A stretch of DNA of 64,000 bases from Candidatus Hermodarchaeota archaeon. Lineage in GTDB: Archaea; Asgardarchaeota; Hermodarchaeia; Hermodarchaeales; Hermodarchaeaceae. The stretch covers positions 168,322-232,321 of the forward strand of contig JAEOTO010000031.1 of the NCBI GenBank assembly GCA_016839805.1, in the 5' to 3' direction. The notes below the pieces were generated by a model. It was not told the origin of the DNA. It made no database searches and saw nothing but the letters and a program-made list of their open reading frames with translations. The stretch's first letter is position 1; every line of letters starts with the position of its first letter. Shown here one piece after another: positions 46,238-56,330 of this stretch. A program made the position numbers and the translations under genes.

Positions 46238-46746
46238 TTAGAAGATCCAGACTAGAGCGGCAAGGATTAGGCTAAGTATAATTATCAGAAGTAAGCCTTT
46301 GATGTGACCTTTTGCATGATATTTTCGAAAGTCTTTGTACTCCTTCTCGCGCATGTGTTCGGTTCCATGAAGAATGACAAAGTCGGGAGTAAGAGTGCCT
46401 ACAATCAAAAAGTCTAATATGATGTAATCAGCGAGAAAACCGAACATGCGAATTACAAAGATCGAGAGGAATGCATCCAGAAGGGAGATGACTCCACCAT
46501 TCAGGTTTTAAGAAAATAAGTTGTTGCAAGCGGGTAGCCAATTCCGATAACAAGAAAGAGGATGTATACGATTCGGGCTTGCCGTTTTTCGGCGTCAGTT
46601 TGGGGGGGAACATGGTCCGTGATTTCAGGAGGATAATCACTCATCGCCCATACACGGGGACTCAACCCCCTCATAATGGCGAATGGATATAGGGTGAAGA
46701 TAATCGCAAAAATCGTTGCATGAATCAAAATTTAGGAAAGCAACAT
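46238..46746 (-). pseudogene. Disrupted membrane-protein gene
   Basis: ATG 46746, then in-frame TAA at codon 5; frameshift near 46503 joins ...TYFLK to LNGGVISLLDAFLSIF...GTLTPDFVILHGTE. Confidence 0.65.
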
Positions 46747-46767
46747 CAGGATTTCACTCCTCCGTCG

Positions 46768-47070
46768 CTAGAACGGCGTGACGGGTTCTGGCATGGGCAT
46801 CCCAACAAAGCTAATCATACGTTTATACATTTCCAGATATTGTCGACCCCGAACGGTTACACGGAATTGCCGGCGGCCATCCTCTTCTACAGCCTCTATA
46901 AGGCCACGTTCCTCAAGAAACGCAAGCGTTGTCTTCGCTCGGTCCACTGGTAGATTCGTTGAACGAGCAGCTCGTGTGAGTGGACAGTAACCATGAATGA
47001 TAATAATCCGGATGAGCATTGCGTAGATATCATAGCGCGTTCGTTTATGGATAGGACCTTCTTGAGCCAT
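46768..47070 (-). CDS. Small archaeal winged-helix regulator
   Basis: KRTRYDI...LT.....NL.....L..LEERGLI...FRVT.RG..YL. Confidence 0.8.
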   Translation of the reverse strand: MAQEGPIHKRTRYDIYAMLIRIIIIHGYCPLTRAARSTNLPVDRAKTTLAFLEERGLIEAVEEDGRRQFRVTVRGRQYLEMYKRMISFVGMPMPEPVTPF

Positions 47071-47253
47071 ACTTGATCACCAGATTCCAAGCACCGTGTA
47101 CTAGTAGAGCGCTGTTTCTATAAAAAAAGCGTACGAATTTCGCTTTTTGCAGGCGTAATAAGGTCGAATCCCAGTTGTCGAAAAGGTTTTTCTAGGGTTG
47201 CTCCGAAAGGGTCGAATACAACCTCACAACACCAACATTCTGAGGCAACCCAC

Positions 47254-47661
47254 ATGGGAAAACGTATAGAAGAAATCACCCAGCTCCTCGATGAACTCGA
47301 AGTCAAATACGAACTCAAAGACGAAACCGTTGTCGCCCTCTGGAAAACTGACAAATGGGAAAACCTCGTCGTCAACTTCATCTTCTCCCCAAACGAAATC
47401 TGGCTAACGATAGTGGGATGGCGTAAATTCCCCCAACTCTCTGATACTGATGCCACAAATTTCTACAAGAAACTACTCCAGGAAAGCTGGAACTATAATG
47501 GTACAAAGTTCTGTTTAGATCCTGATGGTGACCTTGCTGTTGTCGTGGAGACGGCGGATATGGATTTAACTAGGGATGAGCTTTCTCGGTATATTCGTCA
47601 GGTGCTGAATGCCGCTGATGAGATGCATGATTTCGTTTCATCTGAAGCCTGGAAAGAGTAG
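47254..47661 (+). CDS. YbjN/CesT-like domain protein
   Basis: KLL..SW....KF.LD.DGDL pattern; acidic, 135 aa. Confidence 0.65.
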   Translation: MGKRIEEITQLLDELEVKYELKDETVVALWKTDKWENLVVNFIFSPNEIWLTIVGWRKFPQLSDTDATNFYKKLLQESWNYNGTKFCLDPDGDLAVVVETADMDLTRDELSRYIRQVLNAADEMHDFVSSEAWKE

Positions 47662-47713
47662 AGAAAAAGTTTGGATTGAAATATTGTTTACCCTTGGCAA
47701 AGCCAGTTTAATT

Positions 47714-48268
47714 TTACTTTGATTTCATTCCTCGGTCGAGGTTTAATCCAAGTGTTTTCAAGACATCTGCGACTTTAACGAGAGTGTTGACGCAGCCGTC
47801 GCGGAGAAGGAGAATAGCACGCCCTACGACACCGAGTTTTTGGAGTAAGAGTCCTCCGAGAAGAGCTTCTTTTTCACAGGCGATGCCGAGGATGGCGTGG
47901 GGTTGGCTGAAATCGATGATTTTTTGGACCATGGTGCCTCCTGGTAGGATGTAGACGCCTTTGTAACCGAGGTGTTGGGCGGCTTTGGTGATTTGGTTGA
48001 CTTGACAGTCGGGATTGCAGTGTTGGCAGAGGTAACCATATTCACCGAGGGGAGCTTTACAATCGGATTTGCGGAGGCATTGGGGAACAAAAACTATCCG
48101 TTCTTCAATGGGAGTTGCTTGGAATTCTTTGTGGTTGAAGTTGTTCATCTTCTGGATGTATGCTTGGATTACTTCCTTTTCGGTGCAGCCATTTTCTTCG
48201 GCTTCTCGTTTTATTTGAGTAAATACTTCAAGTTCAAGGGACGAATCGACCATGAGGAGGAGCTCCAA
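47714..48268 (-). CDS. DUF116 protein
   Basis: FVPQCLR..C.A, C.HC...C, YILPGG, GIACEKE, L..DGCVNT. Confidence 0.85.
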   Translation of the reverse strand: MELLLMVDSSLELEVFTQIKREAEENGCTEKEVIQAYIQKMNNFNHKEFQATPIEERIVFVPQCLRKSDCKAPLGEYGYLCQHCNPDCQVNQITKAAQHLGYKGVYILPGGTMVQKIIDFSQPHAILGIACEKEALLGGLLLQKLGVVGRAILLLRDGCVNTLVKVADVLKTLGLNLDRGMKSK

Positions 48269-48356
48269 GGGAGAGGGGAAAGTTTTGAGGGAAATATGTC
48301 ATTGTTTAGCGTACCTATATATGTATCAGAAGAGCCAGTGATTTCACTTACAGAAA

Positions 48357-49277
48357 GTGTGTAGAATGGATGCTGAAAAGACTGGCACCATCTTCATTCT
48401 CGTTGGCCTCTTTGTCTATGGCATTCACCCAGTAGTAGTGGAATTTGGCGGGTCCCTTATGGCTCCACTGCTTTTTGCCTCCATAGCCGCTTTAATTGCT
48501 GGTATAGTGGCGTTAATTGTGGCGTTGAAAGCTAATTCATCATTCATGAAGGAGATTCCTCGGTCTGATCAGCTGCGCCTTATTATGGCTGGCGTTCTAG
48601 GCACTTTTTTGGCATTTACGTGTTTGTTTCTTGGATTACAATTTACGAGTAGTAATAATGCGGCAGTGATATTACGAGCAGAATTAGCTTTTGCGTTACT
48701 CTTTGGCTACCTCTTTCTCGGTGAAACGATATCGTGGCGTCAAGCCGGAGCAATGATGTTGATGCTCATCGGTGTTTTACTGGTTGTTACAACCACCCAG
48801 TTAATTACTGTGGGAATTGGCGATTTTCTTCTCCTCATCACACCTATAGCCTGGGCAGCAGGGCATACCTTCGCCAAACCCACTCTGAAACACATTGCAC
48901 CCTGTACCGTCGTTGCCTACCGTAATTTGGTTGGTGGTGCTCTACTCCTTTCATTAGCTGCAGGCTTCATTTGGATAGGAGCCCCACCTATATTGACGCC
49001 TAATATCCTTGTTATACTCGGTATCATCATCGTTGAGGCAATTGTCATTCTGCTAGCTCACAGCCTTTGGTACGCTGGGATAAGTCGCATTAATCTCGGG
49101 AAAGCAACAGCCCTTATTGCACCAGCGCCATTAGTCACCTTTCTCATATCTGCCCTCGTCTTTCGAATTCTCCCCACACCATGGCAACTTATTGGTGCGG
49201 CTCTCGTTATTCTGGCGACCACATTATTGAGTCGAGAAGTAAGTTTACGTCGCCCAACTGAACCAGAACCCCTCTGA
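48357..49277 (+). CDS. DMT/EamA transporter
   Basis: Ten TM helices, FLGE, GDFL.L. Confidence 0.85.
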   Translation: MCRMDAEKTGTIFILVGLFVYGIHPVVVEFGGSLMAPLLFASIAALIAGIVALIVALKANSSFMKEIPRSDQLRLIMAGVLGTFLAFTCLFLGLQFTSSNNAAVILRAELAFALLFGYLFLGETISWRQAGAMMLMLIGVLLVVTTTQLITVGIGDFLLLITPIAWAAGHTFAKPTLKHIAPCTVVAYRNLVGGALLLSLAAGFIWIGAPPILTPNILVILGIIIVEAIVILLAHSLWYAGISRINLGKATALIAPAPLVTFLISALVFRILPTPWQLIGAALVILATTLLSREVSLRRPTEPEPL

Positions 49278-49352
49278 ATTAGATTTCAATAATGAATTTG
49301 TCATAACAATTACCTCTTTAAACCAAGAGGTTGAAAAAGAGGCATTTCTGAA

Positions 49353-51311
49353 GTGATTGAAATGGTGAAGAACCCGAAAACATTTCCACTCGAATCTCTG
49401 CTGTCTGCCCGACGTCTGTTATCTCCACAGTTAGTTGACGAACGTATTTATTTCATCAGTGATTTGAGCGGGATGTATAGTTTGTTCGTAATGGACAAAC
49501 AAGGCAGTATCCCAGAGCCACTTCTCCCACGGGGTCTAGCCCTACAAAATCCCCACCTCATGGCAGGATATAATTTTCGAGTTGTGCCTACACTCAACAA
49601 GATCGTGGTAATGGTCGACCAAGATGGTGATGAGAACTATCAACCCTGCTTCATCCCTCTCACCGGTGGAGTTCCTGAACCCATTTTTAATGACCGTTAT
49701 GCTGGACAACAACTCATGTTCATCAGTTACGATAAACCAACTGCAACAGCTTACTTCACCATTGATGATCGGAAAAGCGCCGATATGGAAACCAATCAAG
49801 TTGATCTTACTTCAATGAAAACCCAGTCCTTGGGCACAAGTATTTACGGTAATTATCCAATAGGGTTTTCCAAGAATCAGGAAACCGTCATTCTTGTTGA
49901 CACCATCTCAGCAAATGATGACATTCTGTATATCTGGAATAAAGGAGATAAAGAACGAACCCTTCTCTTCGGCACTCCCCTTGATTTACGCCAAGATGGA
50001 CAAGACTACCCTTTGCTAGGAATTGGTCGCTGCTTCTTCATACAGGACAACTCGGGACTGATTTTCACAACAACAGTTTACGATGATAAGGGTGGTATCG
50101 GTTACCTAGAATTAGCCAATCCTTCTACGATTCTTCCCGTGAAAGTCACAGGGATAAAACACAAGGGAGTAGGGGAATTGAATTGGATGCAACACGTTCA
50201 TCAAAATATCTACTTGATTGGCTACAACATCGACGGATGCAGTTGGATATATCAAGCAGAGCTAAATGAATCAGTAGAACCCCCCCAATTCAAGTTAACT
50301 TTGCCACTGATGGGTCCTGCTCCGTTAAAAGATGGCGTCGAATTAGGCGTTGAACCCGCAGTAGATACGTCAAAAACTAAACCAATGATCGAATATGTTG
50401 CTGCATTTACCACCGCAACCTCTCCCTCCCAGTTATATCTCATTAATCCCCAAGTAAAGGAAAACCGCGTCATCCAACTTTCCAATGAGCGGATTTTAGG
50501 GATTGACCAACAGTTTCTAGCCCCTGGAGAAGATGCTAGTTTTACCAGTTTTGACGGGCTGCATATCTCAGCACGATTATACCTTCCATCGAAATCGCTG
50601 GGATTCAAGGTACCCCATCCATTAATCCTATACGTCCATGGTGGGCCTCAAAGTCAAGAGCGCCCCGACTTTACCTGGTTCTCCATGCCTCTCATCCAAT
50701 ACTTCACGTTGAATGGATTTGCTGTCTTCGTCCCCAATGTCCGTGGCAGTAGGGGCTATGGTCAAACCTACATGAAGATGGTGGATCGTGATTGGGGCGG
50801 CGATGATGCCAAAGATCATATTGAGGGCTTGAAATACCTTGAGAAGGATAAACGGGTGGATTCCACGTACCGGGCTGTGACCGGTCGGAGTTATGGGGGT
50901 TACATGACTCTATGGTTGTCTGCTAACTACCCCGAATATTGGCAAGCTTCCTGCGATATGTTTGGTCCTTATAATCTACTGACCTTCACTGAGCGACTTC
51001 CTAAGACATGGCAGACTTGGATTCACCACACTATTGGTCACCCAGAAAAAGACCGGGAGTTCTTCATTGAACGGTCACCCGCAACCTACTTCCATCAGGT
51101 AAAATCTCCGATGCTTATTATTCAAGGTGCCAATGATCCTCGAGTAGTGGAAGCAGAATCAGCAGATGTCGTGGAACAACTCAGAAAACAGGGAGTAGAC
51201 GTCGAATACCTAGTCTTTGCTGATGAAGGTCATGGGTTTGGCAAGGTTACTAACTTGATGACAGCTTACAAACGGATTGTAGCGTTCTTCAAGCAGCATT
51301 TGATGACTTGA
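49353..51311 (+). CDS. S9 prolyl oligopeptidase family peptidase
   Basis: VHGGP, PNVRGS.GYG, GRSYGG, QGANDPRV, DEGHG. Confidence 0.92.
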   Translation: MIEMVKNPKTFPLESLLSARRLLSPQLVDERIYFISDLSGMYSLFVMDKQGSIPEPLLPRGLALQNPHLMAGYNFRVVPTLNKIVVMVDQDGDENYQPCFIPLTGGVPEPIFNDRYAGQQLMFISYDKPTATAYFTIDDRKSADMETNQVDLTSMKTQSLGTSIYGNYPIGFSKNQETVILVDTISANDDILYIWNKGDKERTLLFGTPLDLRQDGQDYPLLGIGRCFFIQDNSGLIFTTTVYDDKGGIGYLELANPSTILPVKVTGIKHKGVGELNWMQHVHQNIYLIGYNIDGCSWIYQAELNESVEPPQFKLTLPLMGPAPLKDGVELGVEPAVDTSKTKPMIEYVAAFTTATSPSQLYLINPQVKENRVIQLSNERILGIDQQFLAPGEDASFTSFDGLHISARLYLPSKSLGFKVPHPLILYVHGGPQSQERPDFTWFSMPLIQYFTLNGFAVFVPNVRGSRGYGQTYMKMVDRDWGGDDAKDHIEGLKYLEKDKRVDSTYRAVTGRSYGGYMTLWLSANYPEYWQASCDMFGPYNLLTFTERLPKTWQTWIHHTIGHPEKDREFFIERSPATYFHQVKSPMLIIQGANDPRVVEAESADVVEQLRKQGVDVEYLVFADEGHGFGKVTNLMTAYKRIVAFFKQHLMT

Positions 51312-51493
51312 GCACAACGAAATAAGGCGTCGATTGACCGTCCAACATTCGACAGTTAGCGATTTTTCCGTTCCTTCAACGGCAAGGTTTATAACCATTT
51401 TTTATCAAACCACGCAAACAGAACGAGAATTTGTTATCCTCTATTCCCTGGAGCATCAAACCCTGAACCAAGTAAACAACCAACTAATGAAAG

Positions 51494-52459
51494 ATGAAAC
51501 TTCCCATGACACTGCTGGACCCACTGAATATTCTGATAGCCCTTGTCATTTTGGGAGTCCTGGCAGTAATTGCGTACAAGACCCGTATCGTTACGAAATC
51601 TGGACTTGTTGCAGCGTTCTTCCTTGGGCTAGCAATTTGGGTATTAACCTCCTGGGCGTGGTTTCTAATCGTTCTTATCTTCTTCGTTGTAACCGCCCAG
51701 TTCACTCATTATAAGTATAAGATGAAACGGCAACATGGAGCCGCCCAAGAAAAAGGAGGTGCCCGGGACTGGTCTCATGTTCTTGCGAATGGAGCGTTAC
51801 CCCTAAGCATCATAATTATTGGAGTCTTAACCATTGTTCTCTTTGGGCAGATGAACGCATTTGGTCGACTTGAAGTGGGCTTGGGCCCCCTCATTATTCC
51901 TGCTTCGTTAGTAATTGCTGTAAGTTTTGCGGCCTTCTTAGGAGCTGTCGCAACTGCCACTGCAGACACTCTTGCCACGGAGATTGGCCTGCTTAATCCA
52001 TCGCCTCCGAGACTCATTACAAAACCATGGAAAGTTGTACCTCCGGGGACTTCAGGCGGTGTTTCGTTAGCGGGAGAGTTAGCGACATTAATGGGAACAT
52101 TACTCATTGGTGGAATCGCGGCATTACTTGCCGCTCCATTTTGGATTAACTTTTTCGGGACGTCCTTAATACCAGAAATTACAGGATTCGCTCCGGTCAC
52201 GATGATTATTGTCGCAATGGTTGGAGGAGTTGTGGGCTGTTCTGTTGATAGTATTTTGGGGGCAACAATTCAGGGCATGTGGTCGTGTAACGTGTGTGGG
52301 AAACAAACTGAAAAGAAACACCACTGTGGTGAAAAAGCCACTTATCTTCGTGGTAACCGCTTTCTAGATAACCACTTTGTTAATATCGTCTCTTGTCTGA
52401 TTGGTGCATTCGTAGCCATCGCTCTTTATTTATTCTTGTTTGGCATCAGCTTTGCCTAA
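51494..52459 (+). CDS. DUF92 (TMEM19-like) membrane protein
   Basis: GARDW..VLANG, ADTLATEIG, VPPGTSGGVS, DSILGATIQ, DNH.VN. Confidence 0.88.
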   Translation: MKLPMTLLDPLNILIALVILGVLAVIAYKTRIVTKSGLVAAFFLGLAIWVLTSWAWFLIVLIFFVVTAQFTHYKYKMKRQHGAAQEKGGARDWSHVLANGALPLSIIIIGVLTIVLFGQMNAFGRLEVGLGPLIIPASLVIAVSFAAFLGAVATATADTLATEIGLLNPSPPRLITKPWKVVPPGTSGGVSLAGELATLMGTLLIGGIAALLAAPFWINFFGTSLIPEITGFAPVTMIIVAMVGGVVGCSVDSILGATIQGMWSCNVCGKQTEKKHHCGEKATYLRGNRFLDNHFVNIVSCLIGAFVAIALYLFLFGISFA

Positions 52460-52575
52460 ACCCATTAGTCGATTTCTCGTTTAACATGATTCAAGAAAAA
52501 ATAATTTCATTTTGAGTTTGAATTGATATGGAACCGTCTCTCGCTTTCGCACTTCTTGTGTGGAATGGGATGAAT

Positions 52576-53241
52576 TCATGCTAGACGTATATGGTCTAGG
52601 TCTTCAACTTGTAGTTTTCCAATGTCAGCTGCAGTCTGTAAGACTTGTTCTAGTTCTTGCTGGTCAACATCAAGTGTGAAATATTTTTTGAGTCCTTGAA
52701 GGATGTCCTTTGTACTGAGTGTTCGGTTCTTGTCATTATCGAAGAGTTTGATGGTAAGATTGCGAAGATCTTCAAACCGGTTCCAAAACCAAATAAACCA
52801 GACCCAGTCGCTTTCTTTGACCGTATAATAGTCAGGTTCAATCTCTGAGACAGTTAGATAAAGCATTACAGCGAGTCTGACTTCTTTAGCACCAAGGTTG
52901 TTGACATATTCGAGGGTTTGAACTGCAGACCGTCCTGTATCAACGATATCATCGATTACTAGAACACGTTTGTCCTTTACGGGCAAAGGGGATTGAACTG
53001 GAATCACAGCATCTTCTTGGTGTTCAGCGGTTGTATCTAACCAATGTTCGACTTTGAGAGCATAGAGGTTAGAATTACCCATAAAGTCGGACATAAGACG
53101 GCCAGGAACAAAGCCACTTCGGGCAATAGCTAACAGCACGTCGGGTTTATACCCTGATTCTGTGACTTTGAATGCAAGCTGCTTCGAGTAATTATAAATA
53201 TCTTCGTAGTTGACGAATTGGCATTTTATGGGCTCAACCAT
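52576..53241 (-). CDS. Type I (purine) phosphoribosyltransferase with C-terminal extension
   Basis: AIARSG.VP.R, VLVIDDIVDTG, PDYY...W..F.W. Confidence 0.85.
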   Translation of the reverse strand: MVEPIKCQFVNYEDIYNYSKQLAFKVTESGYKPDVLLAIARSGFVPGRLMSDFMGNSNLYALKVEHWLDTTAEHQEDAVIPVQSPLPVKDKRVLVIDDIVDTGRSAVQTLEYVNNLGAKEVRLAVMLYLTVSEIEPDYYTVKESDWVWFIWFWNRFEDLRNLTIKLFDNDKNRTLSTKDILQGLKKYFTLDVDQQELEQVLQTAADIGKLQVEDLDHIRLA

Positions 53242-53320
53242 GAGACACAGCTCCTAATGAGCACATACCAGCCACCAAAGGATTCACTTCCATAAAAGTG
53301 TCTAGCACAGCGAAAGTGTA

Positions 53321-54322
53321 CTATGATTGGGTAGAATAGAATCTGAGTACACAGAGTGCTCGAAGAGTAATCCATTTTGAAGGCTGTCCTTTCTTTTCAA
53401 TGTCATGCCAAAATTTGCCATTGAAGCTATGTTTGAGCAGCCATTTTCCATCGGGTTGTTGTGTTTCCAAAACGAGATTGAGTGCATCTTGTGTACGAGC
53501 ATCACGGATTTTTAACCGAGCTAAGGTGTCAAGGATTTCGAGGACATCAGAATTGTAGAATAGAGGAAAACCAAAACGTTTCCACCCTGCTTTTTCCTTT
53601 CGGGTTCCATCTGGGTTTCTAAGATATTTGTAAATTTGATTTTCCAAGATGATTTCTACGACTTGATCAATGATTGTGTTAATTATGCGAGATCGGTATT
53701 GTTTTGGAAAAACAGAGAAGCATTTGAGGACTTTGCATAATCCCATGTAACATAACTGTGGGAAGACTGCTTCTTCATTAATAGGATAAGCGCGACATTT
53801 CCATCCGCCCTGGTTTTCGTCGTAGTGGTCAACGAGAAAGTGAATCGTTTTTTGAGTACGTGGATCATCAAGAAAGTCAAAGTGAGCGAGGTAGTAGAGT
53901 ATGTTTGCATCAAGGCAACAGGTGTCACTGATTTGACTCGCATAACCTCGGGCAGTTTTCGGACGAACAGTGCTAAAATGACCTGAATCAAGTTGGAAAG
54001 TAAAGAGGTCTTCGATTCCACGTTCAATCGCCGGTGACCGTTTGAGCCCAAATTCTGCAAGAATGAGAAGAGAATGTGTCGTGGCTGTATACTTATTGGC
54101 GTATATGTGGTTAGGTTTACCCCAGTAACCCTGGGAATCTTGTGCTGCGAGAATAGCCTGCACGACAGGTCCCTGCGCAATGGCCTTTTGAGCATTTTGA
54201 ACTTCATTGCTTGCTGGTGCCCGATCCATGAGATGTTGTAAAGCCCAGTAACGAACACTAGGATTTGAAGGTTCTAAGAGCCATTCAAGAACTTCAGGTC
54301 GAGCGACCTCATTATAATTCAT
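53321..54322 (-). CDS. Prenyltransferase/squalene-oxidase repeat (alpha/alpha toroid) protein
   Basis: WLLE..PSVRY, Q...GYW, GGW.C, FGFPLFY..D.LE, Q..DGKW, PSKWITLRAL. Confidence 0.75.
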   Translation of the reverse strand: MNYNEVARPEVLEWLLEPSNPSVRYWALQHLMDRAPASNEVQNAQKAIAQGPVVQAILAAQDSQGYWGKPNHIYANKYTATTHSLLILAEFGLKRSPAIERGIEDLFTFQLDSGHFSTVRPKTARGYASQISDTCCLDANILYYLAHFDFLDDPRTQKTIHFLVDHYDENQGGWKCRAYPINEEAVFPQLCYMGLCKVLKCFSVFPKQYRSRIINTIIDQVVEIILENQIYKYLRNPDGTRKEKAGWKRFGFPLFYNSDVLEILDTLARLKIRDARTQDALNLVLETQQPDGKWLLKHSFNGKFWHDIEKKGQPSKWITLRALCVLRFYSTQS

Positions 54323-54424
54323 GGCATACAAAAGGAGAGTACACCATAAAAAAGTTAATTCGCCTTTAAGCACTGCCTTTACTACAATCACTCAACAATG
54401 ATACTTAGAAACAAGTGAAATGGA

Positions 54425-55228
54425 TCAAACGGCACCTTGTAAGGCCTTCCCACAATCACACCTATCCTGTTTTAGAGACATGGTGGGAATGACTGCCGTG
54501 AGGAGCTTTTTGACTTTATCGAGGTTGGCTGCCATCGTTATTTGAACTTCTTCGTGGCTAACAGGTCTTTCAGCGTAAACATCATAGTCAGTGATCATAG
54601 AAACGTTTGTGAAACAGAGTTCGGCTTCCCGGGCGAGGTAGACTTCGGGATGGAGTGTCATGCCGATAATATGAAAGCCTTGGGCACGGTAAAACTTGGA
54701 TTCAGCTTTTGTGGAGAATTGGGGTCCTTCGATAGTGATTATTGTACCCTTGTGGTGATAGGGTAGTTTTAGGACTTTGGCTTTATCCGCGATGAACTTG
54801 GAGAGTTCAGAGCAAAAAGGTTCGGCAACTGAGACATGAGCGACGGTGCCTTCTTCGAAAAATGTGCGCTTTCGGCTGCGAGTCCAATCGAAGGCTTGAT
54901 CCGGAATAAATAGATCTCCAGGTTTGATTTCATCTTGGAGGCTGCCAACTGCTGAAACGGTAAGGAGACGTTGAACACCAAGGGCTTTTAATGCCCAGAT
55001 GTTGGCTCGATAGTTAACCAAGTGAGGCGGATACATGTGGGTGCGTCCATGGCGGGGAATGAAAGCGATACGACGGTTTTGAAGAGTTCCAACCATGACT
55101 TTGTCAGAAGGAGCGCCAAAGGGCGTGTAGATTTTGTACTCTTTGATATCAGTAAAAACTTCAGGATCATAAACACCAGTTCCACCAATCATGCCAATTG
55201 TTACATTTTCTGGAGGCTCTAGGAGCAT
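54425..55228 (-). CDS. mtnP: S-methyl-5'-thioadenosine phosphorylase
   Basis: IGGTG, TPFG.PS, RHGR.H..PP, AVGSL, EGPQFST.AES, GMT..PE, TDYD. Confidence 0.92.
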   Translation of the reverse strand: MLLEPPENVTIGMIGGTGVYDPEVFTDIKEYKIYTPFGAPSDKVMVGTLQNRRIAFIPRHGRTHMYPPHLVNYRANIWALKALGVQRLLTVSAVGSLQDEIKPGDLFIPDQAFDWTRSRKRTFFEEGTVAHVSVAEPFCSELSKFIADKAKVLKLPYHHKGTIITIEGPQFSTKAESKFYRAQGFHIIGMTLHPEVYLAREAELCFTNVSMITDYDVYAERPVSHEEVQITMAANLDKVKKLLTAVIPTMSLKQDRCDCGKALQGAV

Positions 55229-55393
55229 TTTTCATGACACCTCTTAGGAAATGGAAGCATAACATCTAGGATGAATGAAAAGCAGGTTCTATACTTAAGT
55301 ATACATGCTTATTGTGCCCAAACCTGTCTATTAATAACCAGAAACCTGCTAACTGAAAAATGTGATAGGGCGTATCTTGGGATAGTGTGAATT

Positions 55394-55831
55394 ATGTCAC
55401 GAGAACGTGAATTAAAATTGGAGACCGAACTTCATGGACGAACCCTCCGTGTTTATTACGAATTATTATCGATTCGAGGTCCGGTGGGACCCCGTGAGCT
55501 ACAACGAAAGTTGGGTTTGTCTTCGCCAAGCCTGGCTGCATATCATTTAGACAAGCTCGTTGATCTAGGTCTGGTGAAACGTGAAAGGGGTGAATATGCC
55601 ATTGAAGAGGCAGTCCAAGTGGGAGTGTTAAAACAGTTTATCTGGATAGGACAGCGAGCCCTTCCTCGACATCTATTTTATGCTGCATTTTTCACCACTG
55701 CGTTAATCACATATTTAGTGGTATATCCTCAGTATCTAACCTTTGCCAATGTTGCAGCTTGGCTCTTTGGGAGTAGCGCCGCGATTCTATTATGGTATGA
55801 AACTTGGCGATCATTTAAGGATCTGCCCTAA
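55394..55831 (+). CDS. Winged-helix regulator with two C-terminal TM helices
   Basis: GRTLRVY...GPRELQRKLGLSSPSLA.YHL.KL, then PR..FYA.FF TM segments. Confidence 0.8.
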   Translation: MSRERELKLETELHGRTLRVYYELLSIRGPVGPRELQRKLGLSSPSLAAYHLDKLVDLGLVKRERGEYAIEEAVQVGVLKQFIWIGQRALPRHLFYAAFFTTALITYLVVYPQYLTFANVAAWLFGSSAAILLWYETWRSFKDLP

Positions 55832-55891
55832 ATGAGGTGTTCTAAACCGTAGTCTAATAATGGAAGCCATCACTAAGAAAGGTGAAGAATC

Positions 55892-56209
55892 GTGACAAAA
55901 CAACCTCCAGAAAAAGGAAACAGGCGACGAGAACTCTATCTTGTTGCTGGAATAATAATCGGCGTTACTCTTCTTACCATGCCATTTATAGTCCATTTAA
56001 TGATGGGAGAAACCTCACCGTTTATCCAAAGTGTCGCAGAGCCAAGGGTTTTTGGAGATATTACCATCACGTCACCACTCGACGTAGTGATTGAATTATT
56101 TTGGCTGGTACTCCCCGCTATATTTGTAATTCTAGCATTATTTTGGATTGTACGCCGCCGAAGGCGATGGTCCGGTTATGATGAAGCTGTGAAGTGGACG
56201 CGCCATTAA
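55892..56209 (+). CDS. Small two-TM membrane protein
   Basis: Two hydrophobic helices flanked by Arg clusters. Confidence 0.55.
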   Translation: MTKQPPEKGNRRRELYLVAGIIIGVTLLTMPFIVHLMMGETSPFIQSVAEPRVFGDITITSPLDVVIELFWLVLPAIFVILALFWIVRRRRRWSGYDEAVKWTRH

Positions 56210-56330
56210 AAGCCAAACAGTTAAAGCGGTACTCAGTGTTCTGAGCAATGCTTAGGCACAATACACTAATGCTGAATCGTCCAAATGAAAACTTTTGCAT
56301 AATAATAAACAGAGGGTTAATACTTTGCAA

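Noticed and set aside
46501-46503. TGA as selenocysteine/readthrough codon
   Set aside because: The coding continuation is in a different frame, so this is a frameshift
53321-54322. Squalene-hopene cyclase
   Set aside because: Single ~330-aa domain without a DXDD motif
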